A DNA stretch of 64,000 nt, from positions 8,308,001 to 8,372,000 of the forward strand of contig NW_027361937.1 of the NCBI RefSeq assembly GCF_039654945.1. Reading direction: 5' to 3'. The stretch's first letter is position 1. Every line of letters starts with the position of its first letter. A program made the translations under genes and the position numbers. Source of the DNA: Dendrobates tinctorius (Eukaryota). The notes under the pieces are model-generated. The model was not told the DNA's origin, did no database searches, and saw only the letters and a program-made list of their open reading frames with translations. Positions 61,100-64,000 of the stretch are shown here, piece after piece.

Positions 61100-62082
61100 T
61101 GATTATATAATTTCAGTGATCGTCTTGTTAGCTCCAGATAAAGTGGTAATAAGGACAAAGCATTCTGTCATGATAATTGAATTATAAGAGCAAGGCAGAC
61201 TAGTTACTTTAAATGGGGCTGGTGTTTGAAATCATTGCCTTCTGTTAGTCATGGTCACCTCCAAGGAAACGCATGCAGTCATTATTGCTCATTGCTTTAC
61301 ATCAAAAGGGCTTTATAGGCAAGGACATTGCTGCTTGTAAAATTGGACCTAAATCAACCATTTATTGGATCATCAAGAATTTAAAATAGAGTGGTTCAAT
61401 TGTTGTGAATAAGGCTTTAGAGTTCCCAAAAATGTCCAGCAATCGCCAGGACCATAACCTAAAGAGGTTTTAGCATGCACAATGAACCAAAGGCTATTGA
61501 GTTTTGCCCTGGTGTTAAGCACACCAGCAAAAAAGTAACTTCTCTGCAAGAAAAACATCAAGGACTAAATGACATTTCGAAGGAATGCAGGAACATTTTG
61601 GTGATGTAAAATGTTTTTTCCTGCATGATGGAGACTGTGTCACAAGGCAAAAATGATAACTAAGTGGCTCAGTGAACAGCATTAAAATTTTGGGTCCTTG
61701 ACCAAAAAAAACCTCAATCGTGCCAACAAATTCTCATTGAGAGCTTGTGCTCAATCCTCCAAGAGTGGGTGGACAAACAAAAACACAGAAATTGTCAGAA
61801 ACTTCAAGCACTAATTAAGCAAAAAAGGGTTGTCATCAGTCCAGATTTGGCCCAGAAGCTGATATCCAGTAAGCCAAGGTGAGTTTCAGAAGTCTTAAGA
61901 AATAAGGGTGAACACTGTTAATATTGAGTTTTTGTAAAAACTGGATGTATTTGTCAATAAATGTTTAAAACGTATGACATGCTTATAACTGAACATCATT
62001 AACCGTAGATCTAAAAACAGTGGAACAGAAAAGTTGTGAAAAACAACATTTGAATTAGTCTCCAAATCTTTCGCCATGACTG
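61100..62082 (+). mobile_element. Old, deleted Tc1 relic
   Basis: Decayed transposase pieces (MVTSKET.. at 61251) and end ..tttcgccatgactg|ta. Confidence 0.55.
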
Positions 62083-63209
62083 TATTACAAATCACAGCAG
62101 GTGTAATGAACAATATAAATAAAGTGCTAATTATCAAAATTCCTAAAAGTGTGCATTTTGAAAGATTATGTCTTATCTGCTTGAACGCTCCGTTGTTGTT
62201 TTTTTTAGCTAAAATGCACATATTACATTTAACACCCCAAAATTGAAAAAAATTATGTGAAAGACAGATTTTACAGTAAGTGTGGTAAGACTTTGGAATA
62301 AACTCAGTGACAACTGATCCCTCAAATTCCTGCCTCATTTGGGAACATATTTTACTTCTTCCTTCAAAATCTCTGCCAAAACCTTGTCTTGCCTAAGTTG
62401 ATAGACATATTTTACAAAAATATTGTTTACTTACAATACTTATAGTTATTTTTTATATTTTTATTTTTCCCTAGAACTTTTTGTTGTTTTATTATTAAGT
62501 AAGCATAGCCAGGTTTACTTTTTACTATCAATTCTGCATCATGTAGTACGCTGTTAGAATATTTCCATCTACTAGTTTTCATTTCCTCCAACTGTTGTAC
62601 ATAGTTTTACTTCCATCAACATTGTAGTATCCTATATATACTTGTCCTCATGTTCATTATTAATCACAAATTTCAAATGATAACTGTTGTTGACATATTG
62701 TAAAAAAAGGTGAATATATACTACATTATGAGCACAAATTAATATTAAGTCATCTATGTAGTGCTAATATCATTTAATGTGGTTTTTAAGAGTTGTCACT
62801 AGAAAAAATATAAAACTTCTCCCACCACGACATCATCAATCTTAAAAGTGAAAGGGACAACATAGACACCTTGAGGCTCGCTCTATCTGTAAGTAATAAG
62901 CGTTATTGAATTGTAAATATGCAAGAGCTAATTTTGCTGTGTATTGCTGCTTACTTTCATGTCTGCATTATGTAGTACACAGAATAACAGAAACGTGACC
63001 TGTGTGGTATATCAGCTTCTCCCACTGAAGAGGATGCCTCAGATGAGGCTCTGATATCAGGCTTATGCCAACAATGAAGCCTAAAGGTCTATTCAGTTCT
63101 TTAAAACTGATGGCCTATACTTGCCTAGAACCTGTGAAGACAAGAGGCTGCCACAGAAAGAGAGTTACTTAGAAGGAGACTTTATGTAGAATGAGTTGCT
63201 GTTGACATG

Positions 63210-63942
63210 CAGTCATGGTCAAAAGTGTTTGCATCCTTGAAATTGTTCTTCTGGGAAAATTTTCCCAGAAAATTATTGCAATTACACATATTTTGCTGTG
63301 CACATGTTTATTTCCTTTGTGTGTATTGGAAAAAAAAAAACTGAGGAAAAAGGACAAACTGGACATCATTTCACACAAAATCCCAAAAATAGGTCAGACA
63401 AAATTGTTGGCACCCTCAACTTAATATTTGGTTGCACACTCTTTGGAATAAATAACTGCAATCAATCGCTTCCTATAACCATCAACAAGCTTCTAACACT
63501 TCTCAACTTGAATTTTGGATCACTTTCCTTTTTGAAAACTGTTCCAGGTCTCTCATATTTGAAGGGTGCCTTCTCCCAAAAGTAATTTTAAGATCTCTCC
63601 ACTGCTGTTCAATTGGATGTAGATCCGGATTCATTTCTAGCCACGCTAGCCACTGCAGAGCTCTCTAGCACTTTGTTTTCATCCATTTATCGGTAATTCT
63701 TGAAATACGATTGGGGTCATTGTCCTGCTGCAAGACCCATGACCTAGGACGCAAGCAAAGCTTTCTGACAATAAGTTCTATATTGCGACCCAAAATCCTT
63801 TGGTACTCTTCAGATTTCATGATGCGTTGCACACAGTCAAGGCACCCAATGCCAGAGGCAGCAAATCAACCCCAAAACATCTTTGAACCTCTGTAGATAC
63901 TTGTGTTCTTTTCTTTGTAAGTCTCATTCCGTTTTCGGTAAA
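63210..63942 (-). mobile_element. Tc1 relic, 3' half, same family as 30677-32507
   Basis: cagtcatggtcaaaag terminus; WVLQQDNDP on the minus strand. Confidence 0.7.
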
Positions 63943-64000
63943 AAACCACCATGGTTACTTACCGGTAGCCGGTTTTTCCGGAACCCATGACAGCACACCT
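63943..64000. mobile_element. Possible terminus of a DIRS-like element inserted into the Tc1 relic
   Basis: Abrupt switch to ..ttacttaccggtagccggtttttcc..ccatgacagcac; resembles remembered DIRS termini; only 58 bp visible. Confidence 0.3.

Noticed and set aside
63021-63066. Hammerhead-like CUGAAGA plus hairpin
   Set aside because: GAAA core reads GAUA and helix I cannot form.

Overview
Eukaryotic, almost entirely transposon-derived sequence. The repeat repertoire (Kolobok/T2-like and Harbinger MITEs, Tc1, hAT, CR1, L2, Penelope-like, Gypsy) fits an anuran amphibian best, but the species cannot be read from the window. No host protein-coding gene can be supported. Two deep nests dominate. Nest 1 (11171-29950): a TTAA-type MITE split by an L2 LINE, which holds a truncated hAT (itself holding an intact DD36E Tc1), a deleted Gypsy element and a duplicated solo LTR. 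Nest 2 (43328-52207): a Tc1 relic split by a Penelope-like element (itself holding a Tc1) and by a CR1 with an open ORF2. The most unusual feature is a TSD-flanked 7.4-kb hAT transposon (34574-42015) carrying a ~470-bp diverged 18S rRNA segment, antisense to the transposase. That segment sits inside a second, internally deleted module (130-bp array, transposase N-terminal fragment, hairpin arm). A related hAT copy at 11912-20340 has a similar layout but carries a Gypsy integrase fragment and no 18S. Also present: three hammerhead-ribozyme motifs, a 2A-like motif in the L2, and a ~205-nt hairpin downstream of both hAT transposases. All coordinates and alignments were made by eye; family names come from motif recognition, not database searches.
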